Positions 1 to 8,375 of a stretch of DNA of 53,926 bases are shown in pieces. The position numbers were made by a program, and so were the translations under genes. Origin of the DNA: a virus (taxonomy: Duplodnaviria; Caudoviricetes); IMG/VR virus record IMGVR_UViG_3300044946_000035, positions 1 through 53,926 of that record; one strand, given 5' to 3'. The stretch's first letter is position 1, and the number at the start of each line of letters is the position of its first letter. The notes under the pieces were generated by a model. It ran no database searches. It had not been told where the DNA came from and worked only from the letters and a program-made list of their open reading frames with translations.

Positions 1-127
1 AAAAGCGACTCATGGAAACTCGCCGTTTGTCCCAATGAGATGACTCCATCTTTTGATGCTGGGTGCTTGTACGAGATAGCTTACCAACTGACCAGCACTG
101 AGTTGGGAATATGCGAATCATTTACAG
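1..127. repeat. Terminal overlap identical to 53800-53926 (circular assembly overlap)
   Basis: 127-nt exact match at both ends; 127 is a common assembler k-mer; an ORF continues in frame across the junction. Confidence 0.95.
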
Positions 128-165
128 GTAAGAATGCTAAAGCAAAGGAGATCAGTTGCCAATGA
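1..165 (+). CDS. 3' part of a 116-aa junction-spanning protein (starts at 53614)
   Basis: Frame 1 reads KSDSWKLAVCP...EISCQ-TGA(163-165) with an ATGA overlap into the next gene. Confidence 0.8.
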   Translation, partial: KSDSWKLAVCPNEMTPSFDAGCLYEIAYQLTSTELGICESFTGKNAKAKEISCQ

Positions 166-380
166 ATCTCGATTACACGCAAATCACAGCGGTGCTCAAG
201 ACGGAAGTTCCCAAGCAGTATGGCTTCCGCACGATCTGGCCGTTTTCTGACTACATCTACGATCAGGATGGAACGATTGTCAAGGTTACCTCCGGTGGTC
301 CTCCGGCAACTTGGGAACCGACGGAGGAAGACAAAGAAGCTGAGGATTACAGTTACGACGGGGATCTGCCGCCCCGATAG
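162..380 (+). CDS. Divergent DUF2829/Tad2-like small protein
   Basis: AAGGAG SD and ATGA coupling; motifs R-x-x-W...YIY and WEPTEEDKEAEDY resemble the DUF2829 C-terminal W-x-P-x3-D-x2-A-E-D-W. Confidence 0.5.
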   Translation: MNLDYTQITAVLKTEVPKQYGFRTIWPFSDYIYDQDGTIVKVTSGGPPATWEPTEEDKEAEDYSYDGDLPPR

Positions 381-389
381 GAGTCTCGC

Positions 390-584
390 ATGATAAGCCT
401 GCTAATTACGCTGGTCGTATTTGCCCTCGTCTGCTACTTGATCATCTGGGCAATGGGTTATCTCAACGTTCCAGAGCCGATCCGTAAGGTGGTGACGGTC
501 ATCATCGTGCTCGTAGCCGTGATCTGGCTGCTGGCGAACTTCCTGCCGGGAACGGCGGGATGGCATATGGCTTGGCCTCGATAA
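390..584 (+). CDS. Small two-TM membrane protein (holin candidate)
   Basis: Two hydrophobic helices separated by NVPEPIRK; AGGAG SD. Confidence 0.65.
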   Translation: MISLLITLVVFALVCYLIIWAMGYLNVPEPIRKVVTVIIVLVAVIWLLANFLPGTAGWHMAWPR

Positions 585-587
585 TGT

Positions 588-911
588 ATGGCTGGGGAGA
601 TTCAACAAGAGCGGGAGCTACGTGAGCAGTGGCAAGAGGCTCACGAGCATGTTCACGAATTGGAGCGCACCGCTCTCAATCACGCAGCTACGGATATGGA
701 CCGTCGGCTGGCAGACCATAATGGCCTGCTGGCTCAGATGGCAAAGGACCGAAGCGATTTCGTTGACAGGAAAGAGCACGACTTGCTGGCGGATCGTATC
801 AAGGACTTGGAAATTGCGCGTGGGGAGCAGACGGGTAAATCTGCCGCCTACGCGTCCATCGCTGGGTTTATCGGAGTGGTCGCCGCGATCATCGGACACT
901 ACTGGAAATGA
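588..911 (+). CDS. Coiled-coil protein with C-terminal TM anchor (lysis-region protein)
   Basis: Charged heptad-like N-terminal region and hydrophobic C-terminus AYASIAGFIGVVAAIIG. Confidence 0.7.
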   Translation: MAGEIQQERELREQWQEAHEHVHELERTALNHAATDMDRRLADHNGLLAQMAKDRSDFVDRKEHDLLADRIKDLEIARGEQTGKSAAYASIAGFIGVVAAIIGHYWK

Positions 912-917
912 CTGGCC

Positions 918-1136
918 GTGAGAGAGCTTGTTCCTATTCGTAAGACTGTAACCGCCCGTGGCATCGGCGGGAGCTATATCGTCGGCCATGGGTGCTCGGA
1001 GTGCGCCTGGGTTTTCAGTGCGGATCATCCACGCAGGGGAAGCACGCTCTGGGACATTGTGCAGAACTTTGAGCAGGATGAGGCGGAAGCGTTTAGGAAG
1101 CATGATTGCAGTAAGTATCCGAAGGTGAAACCATGA
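918..1136 (+). CDS. Small putative Zn-binding protein (CxxC...HxC)
   Basis: GCSECAWVF...FRKHDC motif; recalls small hypothetical proteins of Terriglobales (unverified). Confidence 0.65.
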   Translation: MRELVPIRKTVTARGIGGSYIVGHGCSECAWVFSADHPRRGSTLWDIVQNFEQDEAEAFRKHDCSKYPKVKP

Positions 1137-1282
1137 AGGGCCGGATTGGGGCAGGCGTCACATTTCCTGCCCCGCCTCGGATTAGGCTGCCGTTGCGTAA
1201 TCAGCAGTTGATTGTTTTGCTCACTTCTAATCGTGTGCTGACAACTGCCAGTGGCCAACAAATGACGAGTGGAGTATAACAC

Positions 1283-2014
1283 ATGAACACGAACGATTTG
1301 ATGACGGCGATAGTGGCGGTAAACTCGGGCAAGCAGGTGACGTTGACGGCCTCGCCCGTGAGCTTCGATATCAACGAAGGCCAGCAACTCCAGCAAGGCG
1401 TGTGGAATTACCACGATGGTGGGACTTTCGGAATCGGTGGACTCCCTACTCGCACTCACGCCACAAGTCGGCAGGCTGATGGTTCGCAGCTATTCTCGAT
1501 CACTGGACCAGCCAAGGCCACGGGCCTGTGGTACATCGCGGTTCCAACGGTTGGATGGAAGAGCGGACAGCACACGCTATCCTGCGACTATATGTACATC
1601 TCCGGACCAGACGGGATGGACGAGTTGGATGGCCGCCTGACGGACGCTGCCGGGAACGGGGAAAACTGTAGCACCGCCTGCGTGTGGAACTACCCGGACG
1701 TGGCCCCGAACAACGCCCTCGTGGTGTCCGGTCCGCAAGGTCAATGGGAAGATACGAAAACGCGCCTAACGCCGTTTCAGCCTGGAGTCTGGTATCCACG
1801 GTCAACCGTTATGGAGTTCGACTTCGAGGCTGCAACCTTCGGCATCGTGGGCGTGGGAGTGGGCGAGAACAACTATCCAATCGAGCAGAACTTCAAGGCC
1901 ATCCCGACCAACTGGACCAAGAATCAGATGATCATCCAAGTGCAAATTTACTGCTCTGGGGATACTGGGAACACACCGCTCTCGGTGGCGGTCAACAACC
2001 TGAGTCTCCTATGA
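1283..2014 (+). CDS. Hypothetical beta-rich protein, possibly lectin/ConA-like
   Basis: 243-aa ORF with GGAG SD; Trp/Gly/Thr-rich beta-strand pattern. Confidence 0.6.
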   Translation: MNTNDLMTAIVAVNSGKQVTLTASPVSFDINEGQQLQQGVWNYHDGGTFGIGGLPTRTHATSRQADGSQLFSITGPAKATGLWYIAVPTVGWKSGQHTLSCDYMYISGPDGMDELDGRLTDAAGNGENCSTACVWNYPDVAPNNALVVSGPQGQWEDTKTRLTPFQPGVWYPRSTVMEFDFEAATFGIVGVGVGENNYPIEQNFKAIPTNWTKNQMIIQVQIYCSGDTGNTPLSVAVNNLSLL

Positions 2015-2409
2015 TTACAAACGACCTATCCACTTGGCCGACGGGCGACCGCATCTGGCAGATCGCTCAAGCTATCGCCATCGCGGAAGGCTATAACCTT
2101 CCCACGTCGAATCCATTTCGGCTCAACAATCCCGGCGACCTCTCGGACGGCTTCGACGAATTCGGCGGCGAGCCCCATTCTGGGTCGAACGTCACCCGCT
2201 TCCCCGACGCTCAGACCGGCTGGCAATGGCTATACAACAAACTTTCCCGTATCGCTCAGGGGAAATCGGCGGTATACTCTCCCCAAATGACGTGGACTCA
2301 GTTGGCGCAAAAGTGGGCCGGGAACTGGCAGAACTGGGTGGGGAATGTGACCACGGAACTCGGGGTAGAGCCAAACTCCACGATCGTTCAATTTCTTCAG
2401 GCGGAGTGA
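2011..2409 (+). CDS. Lysozyme-fold muralytic enzyme (endolysin candidate)
   Basis: ATGA-coupled start; AIAIAEG...RLNNPGDL...F.DAQTGW...KWA motif typical of phage NNPG(N/D)L lysozyme-like proteins. Confidence 0.7.
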   Translation: MITNDLSTWPTGDRIWQIAQAIAIAEGYNLPTSNPFRLNNPGDLSDGFDEFGGEPHSGSNVTRFPDAQTGWQWLYNKLSRIAQGKSAVYSPQMTWTQLAQKWAGNWQNWVGNVTTELGVEPNSTIVQFLQAE

Positions 2410-2412
2410 CAG

Positions 2413-2622
2413 ATGAAGATGAACTGGGAAGGCTACGCATGGATCGCATGGCTCGCGGCTTTCTTCATTCTGGAGGCTATTGGGCTCTGGAAACGGCCTA
2501 CCGGGGGCATGACCCTGACCTTCTTCATTGAGAACCACTTTCCGCGAGGGCTGCTGGCGGCGGTGATCGGATTTCTGGCTTTACACTTTCTGGATCCATC
2601 TGAAAGGGATACGAAGGGATGA
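2413..2622 (+). CDS. Small membrane protein (holin candidate)
   Basis: Two hydrophobic segments; immediately follows the lysin candidate. Confidence 0.6.
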   Translation: MKMNWEGYAWIAWLAAFFILEAIGLWKRPTGGMTLTFFIENHFPRGLLAAVIGFLALHFLDPSERDTKG

Positions 2623-2638
2623 AGGGATAACGATAACT

Positions 2639-3010
2639 ATGAAACAGGTGCATGTTCTATTACTCACCCTGACACTGGCAGCGGGCCTCGGATGCGCGGC
2701 CAAGACTACCGTCACCGCGCCTATTCCCGGCGCGATCAACTCCTTTGACTCCGTAAGCTACCAGACGCTCATGGACGCGCAGGCGGCGATTAACGCGGTC
2801 AAGGCGGATGTAGCGGCAGGGAAGGTTACGCTCACCGCTACCCAGAAGACCGTACTCAACCAGGCGATTCAGGACTATGACCTTGCTCAAGCCGCATGGC
2901 AGGCTTACCACGCCGGATCCACCTCTAACACCGTGGCTCTTACTAGCGCTATTAACCAGATCGTCGCGGATATTGCCGCACTGGCAACGCAGATTCAAGG
3001 AGGAAAGTAA
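2639..3010 (+). CDS. Predicted lipoprotein, helical (o-spanin-like candidate)
   Basis: Signal sequence ending AGLG-C19, then Ala/Gln-rich amphipathic helices. Confidence 0.6.
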   Translation: MKQVHVLLLTLTLAAGLGCAAKTTVTAPIPGAINSFDSVSYQTLMDAQAAINAVKADVAAGKVTLTATQKTVLNQAIQDYDLAQAAWQAYHAGSTSNTVALTSAINQIVADIAALATQIQGGK

Positions 3011-3011
3011 T

Positions 3012-3356
3012 ATGAGCCTGGCCTTGCTTATTGCATCGCTGGTCGCTACCGCCATCGGGACCATTCCCGGCATTCCTTCGGCAATTTCCGCCGCTGTTGG
3101 CTCGATTTCTTCCGTCCTCGGAGTGCTGATCAGGAATGGCGTGGGGACCTCCAGCGTCACCTCTTCGACGACATCTCTCGTACTCGCGTCCTTGAGCGCC
3201 CTGATTACCCAACTGAAGGCTACGAGCGGCCTCAGCGCTTCGGCATTGGCCGATGTACAGTTGCTTGAAGACGCGCTGAATGCCGCCCTCACGCAGCAGG
3301 GGACGATTATGTCGGTTGATCCGACAAAGCTCCTGCCCATTACCCCGGTGGCATAA
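3012..3356 (+). CDS. Hydrophobic helical membrane-associated protein
   Basis: GGAGG SD; MSLALLIASLV...; Ala/Leu/Ser-rich. Confidence 0.65.
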   Translation: MSLALLIASLVATAIGTIPGIPSAISAAVGSISSVLGVLIRNGVGTSSVTSSTTSLVLASLSALITQLKATSGLSASALADVQLLEDALNAALTQQGTIMSVDPTKLLPITPVA

Positions 3357-3817
3357 TGAATGAAGAACGCGTATTCAGGGTCCTATGTGAGATCGGGGAA
3401 AAAATTTGCCTTGAACTCAGGGCTATCTACCAGGCGCTACGACCGCGCTTATCCGCAACTCTAACTATCACCACCAAGGAGACAAGTATGCCAGCAACAA
3501 TTCAAGTCACAGGAACAGCACAAGCCAATTGGCAGGAGTGGTCCGGACCGAATGGAACCGGCACCGAACTCCCGCCGGCGGGACCCGTAGCGTATGCTTC
3601 ATCGAACCCGGCGGTGGCTACGGTCGATCCCAATCTCGGAGTGGTTACCGGAGTGGCTCCGGGAACGGCTTCGATCAGCGGGACAGACTCGACGAACTCT
3701 CTGACCGCAAGCGATACGGTTACGGTCACGGCTGAGGAGGCGCAGTCGGCTACCTTGACCCTGACAGCGAATGCCGGCGCTGTAGCGCAGGCGAAAGCGG
3801 CCATCAAGAAGGTGTAA
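3356..3817 (+). CDS. Ig-like (Big_2) domain protein; strong internal in-frame start at 3488
   Basis: YASSNPAVATVDPNLGVVTGVAPGTASI motif; AAGGAG SD before ATG 3488. Confidence 0.8.
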   Translation: MNEERVFRVLCEIGEKICLELRAIYQALRPRLSATLTITTKETSMPATIQVTGTAQANWQEWSGPNGTGTELPPAGPVAYASSNPAVATVDPNLGVVTGVAPGTASISGTDSTNSLTASDTVTVTAEEAQSATLTLTANAGAVAQAKAAIKKV

Positions 3818-3821
3818 AATT

Positions 3822-3858
3822 ACCGAGGGGGTGGCTCAGGCCATTCCCTCCGGTTCTT
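3822..3858. terminator. Hairpin at the convergence of the late and early arms (probable terminator)
   Basis: ACCGAGGGGGTGGC-TCAG-GCCATTCCCTCCGGT then TCTT, between convergent genes. Confidence 0.6.
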
Positions 3859-4054
3859 CGACCGACCACGTTTCCACCCGTCGTGGGATCTTCATTCCTA
3901 TTCCAGGAACGAATATATTCGGCTTCACTCCGGAGGAATAAACCAGGGATGCTCTCGGATGGCCCTCCCTGGCGTGGGGGAGAAAGGCTTGCTTGAAGGT
4001 TGCTCCCAGCAACTTTCTCATCCTCTGGTTGATCCCGTCCGTTTCCTTGAACAT
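3836..4054 (-). CDS. Hypothetical protein
   Basis: 72-aa ORF continuing the leftward operon. Confidence 0.5.
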   Translation of the reverse strand: MFKETDGINQRMRKLLGATFKQAFLPHAREGHPRASLVYSSGVKPNIFVPGIGMKIPRRVETWSVEEPEGMA

Positions 4055-4063
4055 GACGCTTCC

Positions 4064-4771
4064 CTACTTCTTCGACTTGGAATAGACCGCCACAACTTCG
4101 CTGCCGCTCTTTCCCTGGTATTCGTGGGTCTCAACCTTCCCCGAGAACTCCGTCCCAACCAGCTTGACCGGATCGAAGTGTAAATCCCTTGGCTGGCCCA
4201 GCCAGTCCTGAAGGGTAACGAATTGGCCCACCTTGATCGAGATCTGGGTCAACTCCTTTCCGTACTGAGCCTCCATCGCCTCCTGGAGCTTGTCCTCGGG
4301 AGTGTTGGCCGCGATCACCTTGTCAGTGGCTACCTTCTGGAAGTAAGCCCTGGCCTTGTCGATCGACTCCTGCGTGGCTTCCCCTTCCTGGATGGCGGCA
4401 GCCACATAATCCGCCTGGATCACTCCTTCCTTGTTCCGGCTGGCTTCAGTGAAGGCCAGGGCGCAGGCTTCCGGGTTGAGCCACATCTCGTTCAGAGTGA
4501 GCGAGAGGAAGGCGGTGCCCTCGAAGTCGGGCTCGTTCGAAAAGTTGCCCACGTTGCCATTAGGGGGTGGGGCCGAGGCCCTGGCCTCCCTGGATGGCTG
4601 AGTAGCAGCCACCAGAAAGGAGTGGCGCATGGACCCAGATTTGTCCAGCTTCGACCCCTTCTCGCTGTAAGCCACGATCTTGAGGCCGGCCTGTTTCCCG
4701 GTTCCGTAAGAGCCGGGAGAGAGCGAAACTTTTGCTCTCGTGTTGGTTTCAACCTGCTGCAAGAAGCTCAT
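4064..4771 (-). CDS. Hypothetical protein, possibly ssDNA-binding
   Basis: AGGAAGG SD; directly downstream of the annealase; C-terminal LVGTEFSGKVETHEYQGK resembles OB-fold phage SSBs (weak). Confidence 0.6.
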   Translation of the reverse strand: MSFLQQVETNTRAKVSLSPGSYGTGKQAGLKIVAYSEKGSKLDKSGSMRHSFLVAATQPSREARASAPPPNGNVGNFSNEPDFEGTAFLSLTLNEMWLNPEACALAFTEASRNKEGVIQADYVAAAIQEGEATQESIDKARAYFQKVATDKVIAANTPEDKLQEAMEAQYGKELTQISIKVGQFVTLQDWLGQPRDLHFDPVKLVGTEFSGKVETHEYQGKSGSEVVAVYSKSKK

Positions 4772-4773
4772 AT

Positions 4774-5670
4774 CTATTTACCTTCCTTTTCGTTTGTGAT
4801 TGGCACTGCCTTAAAATCGGTTGCTGTCACCTGCGGAGGCTGGTAGGGAGCCACGTCAAGAATTTCCTTATCCTGATGGGGCTGAGAGATTCCGACTCCG
4901 GTAATGGCCTCGTAGCATAGTCCCTCGGAGCGTACTCTCAGCATGTGTTCCCAGTTCTCTCGCCAGATGGGAGTGTTCTTAAACCACATTGAGATCCATG
5001 CCGTACAGGTCACTGGCTGACCCGCGACCGGAATAGTGCATTCCGCTCCGATATCGGACTTTTGCCAAGGCAGCTTTCTCTCGGCTCCGTTTCCGAGTGG
5101 CCGCTCGACTACCTTCCAGATGGGAATCCCCAAGTCTCCCCGGCGGCTGGCGAGCTTGCGCTGTCCTTCCACGGTGACGTTTACTTTCATGGTCGATAGA
5201 TCCGGCCACACGTCGTTCAGGAAAGGGTTCAGTTTCTTCTGGGGGTCCACGCACCCAGCATTGAGAAACTTGATACTGGATGCGTAGATAAGGGCTTGTT
5301 TGGGGGACATATACTGGTCGGGCTCGTCCTTCTTTCCCTTGAAAGGTTTGGACATGAGAAGGGTAGCCAGAACCGGAACCGGCATATCTTCCCAGTCCAA
5401 GGTAGTGAGAGCGTCAAGTTGTTCAAGAAACTTCTGCTCCGCCTGCTCCTTTCGGGCCAGAGCTTCAGCCATACGATCCGACCGGATCATCGCAGCCTTA
5501 TCACTGGCCCGAAGTGGAGGTTCGATATTTACCTGTGTCTCTCGCGCAACGCTCGTTGTTGCCTGTTCCGTCTGTGTCGTCGCCACTGGCCCCCCAGTCT
5601 GGCCGCTGGATTGCTGCCTTTCCAGAGGAGAGGAGCCACCGCTTATTTTGTCTTTGAATGGGCTCGTCAT
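4774..5670 (-). CDS. Redbeta/RecT-family single-strand annealing protein
   Basis: LNPFLNDVW, VTVEGQRKLA and W...HMLRVRSE motifs; start placed at MTSPFKDK. Confidence 0.7.
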   Translation of the reverse strand: MTSPFKDKISGGSSPLERQQSSGQTGGPVATTQTEQATTSVARETQVNIEPPLRASDKAAMIRSDRMAEALARKEQAEQKFLEQLDALTTLDWEDMPVPVLATLLMSKPFKGKKDEPDQYMSPKQALIYASSIKFLNAGCVDPQKKLNPFLNDVWPDLSTMKVNVTVEGQRKLASRRGDLGIPIWKVVERPLGNGAERKLPWQKSDIGAECTIPVAGQPVTCTAWISMWFKNTPIWRENWEHMLRVRSEGLCYEAITGVGISQPHQDKEILDVAPYQPPQVTATDFKAVPITNEKEGK

Positions 5671-5695
5671 TATATTCTTCACACTTTCTTTATTT

Positions 5696-5802
5696 AAGTT
5701 GGAGCTATCCAGTAGCGGCAGGCTGAAGATGAGAGGCGGACAAGAAGACGCCCCCAACCCGATCAGGCTGAAACTTCCTGCCGCTACTGCACAACTCAAC
5801 TT
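5696..5802 (-). other. Long intergenic stem-loop upstream of the annealase gene
   Basis: Perfect 13-bp inverted repeat 5710-5722/5777-5789, extended by G-U pairs on the minus strand. Confidence 0.7.
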
Positions 5803-6086
5803 CTGTCCTCGTCCCCAAACTGAAATACATCAATCGTTGTCTGCCGAGGATCGGCCTCCCTGGCCTTCTTTCCGTTTCTACTCTTGGCAATTTCTGCTTC
5901 TGCTTCCATCCTGTGCTTGTAGCAGAGGATGGCCTCTGCCTGCGTGGTATGACCGGAAAAGGTAACTCTTTCCGCTGGAGCTTTGCAGGTCTCGTGCCAG
6001 CGTATGACCGAACCATCCAGACGCTTCTCACCGTTCGACTTTACGACTACCCGCGTGCATTTCAGCGGTTCATTGGCATCAGCCAT
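5796..6086 (-). CDS. Hypothetical protein with Cys/His motif
   Basis: MADANEPLKC...ETC...LCYKH. Confidence 0.6.
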   Translation of the reverse strand: MADANEPLKCTRVVVKSNGEKRLDGSVIRWHETCKAPAERVTFSGHTTQAEAILCYKHRMEAEAEIAKSRNGKKAREADPRQTTIDVFQFGDEDRS

Positions 6087-6217
6087 AGTTTTAATCCATG
6101 CTCTGACTGTCTCAAGTGAACCACGACCACATGCTCCATCAGGTCGTAGAACCCCTGGAACTTCCACTTGGCTCCCCGCAGCGGGTGCCGCTCGCAGTAA
6201 CCGCAGTGGAAGGTCAC
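6062..6217 (-). CDS. 51-aa C2H2 zinc-finger-like protein (not in the ORF track)
   Basis: GTGA-coupled to the exonuclease stop; MTFHCGYC...F...LMEHVVVVH. Confidence 0.65.
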   Translation of the reverse strand: MTFHCGYCERHPLRGAKWKFQGFYDLMEHVVVVHLRQSEHGLKLWLMPMNR

Positions 6218-7107
6218 TTAGCACCGCGTACAAGGAGGTGTTCTTCCCTCGCCTTATATCCCTCCAGCACCTTCGGGATCGGACCCGATAAGCACAGGTC
6301 CATGAACGGACACTCTCCGTAAACCGTCCTACAGGCGCTCCCTCCGCTCATCGGCCATGGCTTCTGCTCGCGGTAGTTCCGGAAGTAGTGAACGATCTCC
6401 GAGAGCTTGAAAGCCAACTGCTGCCTGAACCTCTGCCGGTAAGCCTCCGTGGTCACATGGGGCAGCTCTATAATCTCCATGCGACACGGCTTACTCTTGT
6501 ATCCCTTGAGGAGGACCTCAAGATAACATCGTCGCGGAGAGAGCCCAATCTGACCCAGATACCAATCGTATAGGCCAAATTGCACAGCAAGCATACTAGA
6601 ACGAGTATAAGAATCTTTCCAGGACTGTCCATAGGAAGCGATCTCCGATGCAGTTTTGACATCCGTTAGTTCCGGTCCGGCCATCACGCGATCAATACGA
6701 CCGCACAGGATCACGTTTTGCGAGTACGGAAAGGACCACTCGATCTCGACCATGGGACCGCCAGTTTCAAACTGCTGTAGCTTGGCTGGATCGTACTCGA
6801 TCAGGTCAAAATATACTGCCAAAAGATCCGGTATCTGATCGACCATCTCTTTCCACTTATTCGTGAAGTAGGGATTCAGCAGCTTGGTGGGGTACCCAGC
6901 GCAGATCTTGTGGGCCTCAGCTATCGCGTACTCGAAAGGGTTCCCTTTCCAGAACTCTTCCACTCCCCTGTGGATGGCCGTCCCAAACACCCAATATACG
7001 CTGGGGGCGACCGGGGCCCGCTCTTCGACAAAGGACTGGCGGGACTGCTCACGGCAGTTCGACCAGGATTGTAAAAAACTACTGTCAATCTTAAGTGGAA
7101 AATTCAT
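6214..7107 (-). CDS. PD-(D/E)XK (RecB/Cas4-like) exonuclease
   Basis: GTAIH, E...GRIDRV...DVKT, Q.GLY motifs; one N-terminal Cys plus C-terminal C..C..C cluster. Confidence 0.85.
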   Translation of the reverse strand: MNFPLKIDSSFLQSWSNCREQSRQSFVEERAPVAPSVYWVFGTAIHRGVEEFWKGNPFEYAIAEAHKICAGYPTKLLNPYFTNKWKEMVDQIPDLLAVYFDLIEYDPAKLQQFETGGPMVEIEWSFPYSQNVILCGRIDRVMAGPELTDVKTASEIASYGQSWKDSYTRSSMLAVQFGLYDWYLGQIGLSPRRCYLEVLLKGYKSKPCRMEIIELPHVTTEAYRQRFRQQLAFKLSEIVHYFRNYREQKPWPMSGGSACRTVYGECPFMDLCLSGPIPKVLEGYKAREEHLLVRGAK

Positions 7108-7583
7108 AAGCTCTCGATCCTCACTTCGGTTCTGGGTATCCCGGTCGTCCAATGCTTCTCCCCGCTCACCTTAGCCACGATGGCATCATCCGCGAAGCAC
7201 AGGCCCATGAAAGCGTCTGTACTCTTGAGGCAGTTATCCGTATCCGGCCTCTGGGTGTGCCAGTCGCCCTCCTTCAGCTTTTTGGCGCGGGACTTCGGAA
7301 TCTCGAAGTAAAAGTCGCAGTGCATCCAGACCGGGCCCACGAACTTCTCCTGCCCCTGCATCCCCTGCTGGGCGCACATGGCAGCAAAGCGTTCGTACTC
7401 CCGCTGGTCCTTATCGGTGTACTCATGCGAGTACGCGAAGTATAGATCCCTGTTCCCGCAGTGGGGGCATTCCGAGCGCTGGCCCACGGTCTGCCGCTGA
7501 CACTTCCCACACCTGAGGGTAACCACGGTAGCGTGACGCGACTTCCCCCGTGGAGCCTGCGGGATTGTGAAAGTAACGGTCAT
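7104..7583 (-). CDS. rusA: RusA-family Holliday junction resolvase with Zn-ribbon insert
   Basis: RPDTDNCLKS.DA...ADDAIV...KHW...PRTEVRI motif. Confidence 0.85.
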   Translation of the reverse strand: MTVTFTIPQAPRGKSRHATVVTLRCGKCQRQTVGQRSECPHCGNRDLYFAYSHEYTDKDQREYERFAAMCAQQGMQGQEKFVGPVWMHCDFYFEIPKSRAKKLKEGDWHTQRPDTDNCLKSTDAFMGLCFADDAIVAKVSGEKHWTTGIPRTEVRIESL

Positions 7584-7771
7584 TTGGCTAATGATCTTTC
7601 TTCGCAGGCGTGGTCCGTACTTAGAAACTCGCCACAATTGGAGCACCTGTTCATGTCGGCGTGCCTCGGGCAATACCCTCCTCCAGTCTTCCACAAGCAC
7701 TTCCTGAATGGGCAATACAGCTCCGGATGGGCTTCCTTGTGCTTGGCGACTTTGGCAGCGACGGAGGTCAC
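7580..7771 (-). CDS. Small Cys-rich hypothetical protein
   Basis: GGAGG SD, GTGA coupling, several Cys/His. Confidence 0.6.
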   Translation of the reverse strand: MTSVAAKVAKHKEAHPELYCPFRKCLWKTGGGYCPRHADMNRCSNCGEFLSTDHACEERSLAK

Positions 7772-8079
7772 GCAACAGCCTCCCACTTGGCCAGCCAGTC
7801 CTGATGCTGGTAGTAGAGATCTACGGGATTGGTGGTGGGAGAGGTGGCCATCTCCCCTCCCACCTTTTCCGCCAACTCCGGGCGAACCGGTGTCAACTGG
7901 GCTGATCCGGCGGAAACTTGGTTACCAATCGTCCTGAGTCCCAGGCGTACCTTGGTGATGGCTCCCTTGATGATGGTTGCAGTTACGGCATCGGAGATGT
8001 CCTCGGAGGCCTCGTGGCCGATCTCCCGGAGGGAGTCGTCCAGTTGTTGCATGAAGGTCTGGAATTGAGTTGGGGTCAT
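7768..8079 (-). CDS. Hypothetical protein
   Basis: GGAGGT SD; TAATG coupling. Confidence 0.65.
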   Translation of the reverse strand: MTPTQFQTFMQQLDDSLREIGHEASEDISDAVTATIIKGAITKVRLGLRTIGNQVSAGSAQLTPVRPELAEKVGGEMATSPTTNPVDLYYQHQDWLAKWEAVA

Positions 8080-8240
8080 TACCGGATACCTCCGTCGCTG
8101 TAAATAATTCCACGCGCAATCAGGCATTGCAGCATGTTATGAATGGTACGGCTCTCGCGCTTAGCAAGATCCGCAACCTGCTTGCTCGCCCCCGCCTGAA
8201 GTTTAACGTGGTATGTGATTAGTGATGGTTTCTTCTGCAT
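8079..8240 (-). CDS. Arc/ribbon-helix-helix DNA-binding protein
   Basis: ITYHVKL...VADLAKRESRTIHNMLQCLI pattern; first gene after a promoter. Confidence 0.65.
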   Translation of the reverse strand: MQKKPSLITYHVKLQAGASKQVADLAKRESRTIHNMLQCLIARGIIYSDGGIR

Positions 8241-8250
8241 GACGATTGTG

Positions 8251-8279
8251 TTTTTACTCCAGTGGTAAAAAGTTGTCAA
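8251..8279 (-). promoter_or_regulatory. Leftward sigma70-like promoter with overlapping operator-like palindrome
   Basis: TTGACA-17-TAAAAA; TTTTAC-N7-GTAAAA inverted repeat at 8252-8270. Confidence 0.55.
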
Positions 8280-8293
8280 GACTTATTTCGAGC

Positions 8294-8322
8294 TTGCCTG
8301 TGGAAATCTTTTCTGCTACAGT
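8294..8322 (+). promoter_or_regulatory. Rightward promoter for the helicase gene
   Basis: TTGCCT-17-TACAGT with extended -10 TG. Confidence 0.55.
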
Positions 8323-8375
8323 CGGGCGGTCGTTTGAACGGCCAGATCTGCTTCCTAGACCGGAGGAGCCCCAGC

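Noticed and set aside
6214-7107. Cas4-like nuclease as part of a CRISPR system
   Set aside because: No repeat-spacer array or other cas genes; the context (annealase, RusA) indicates recombination
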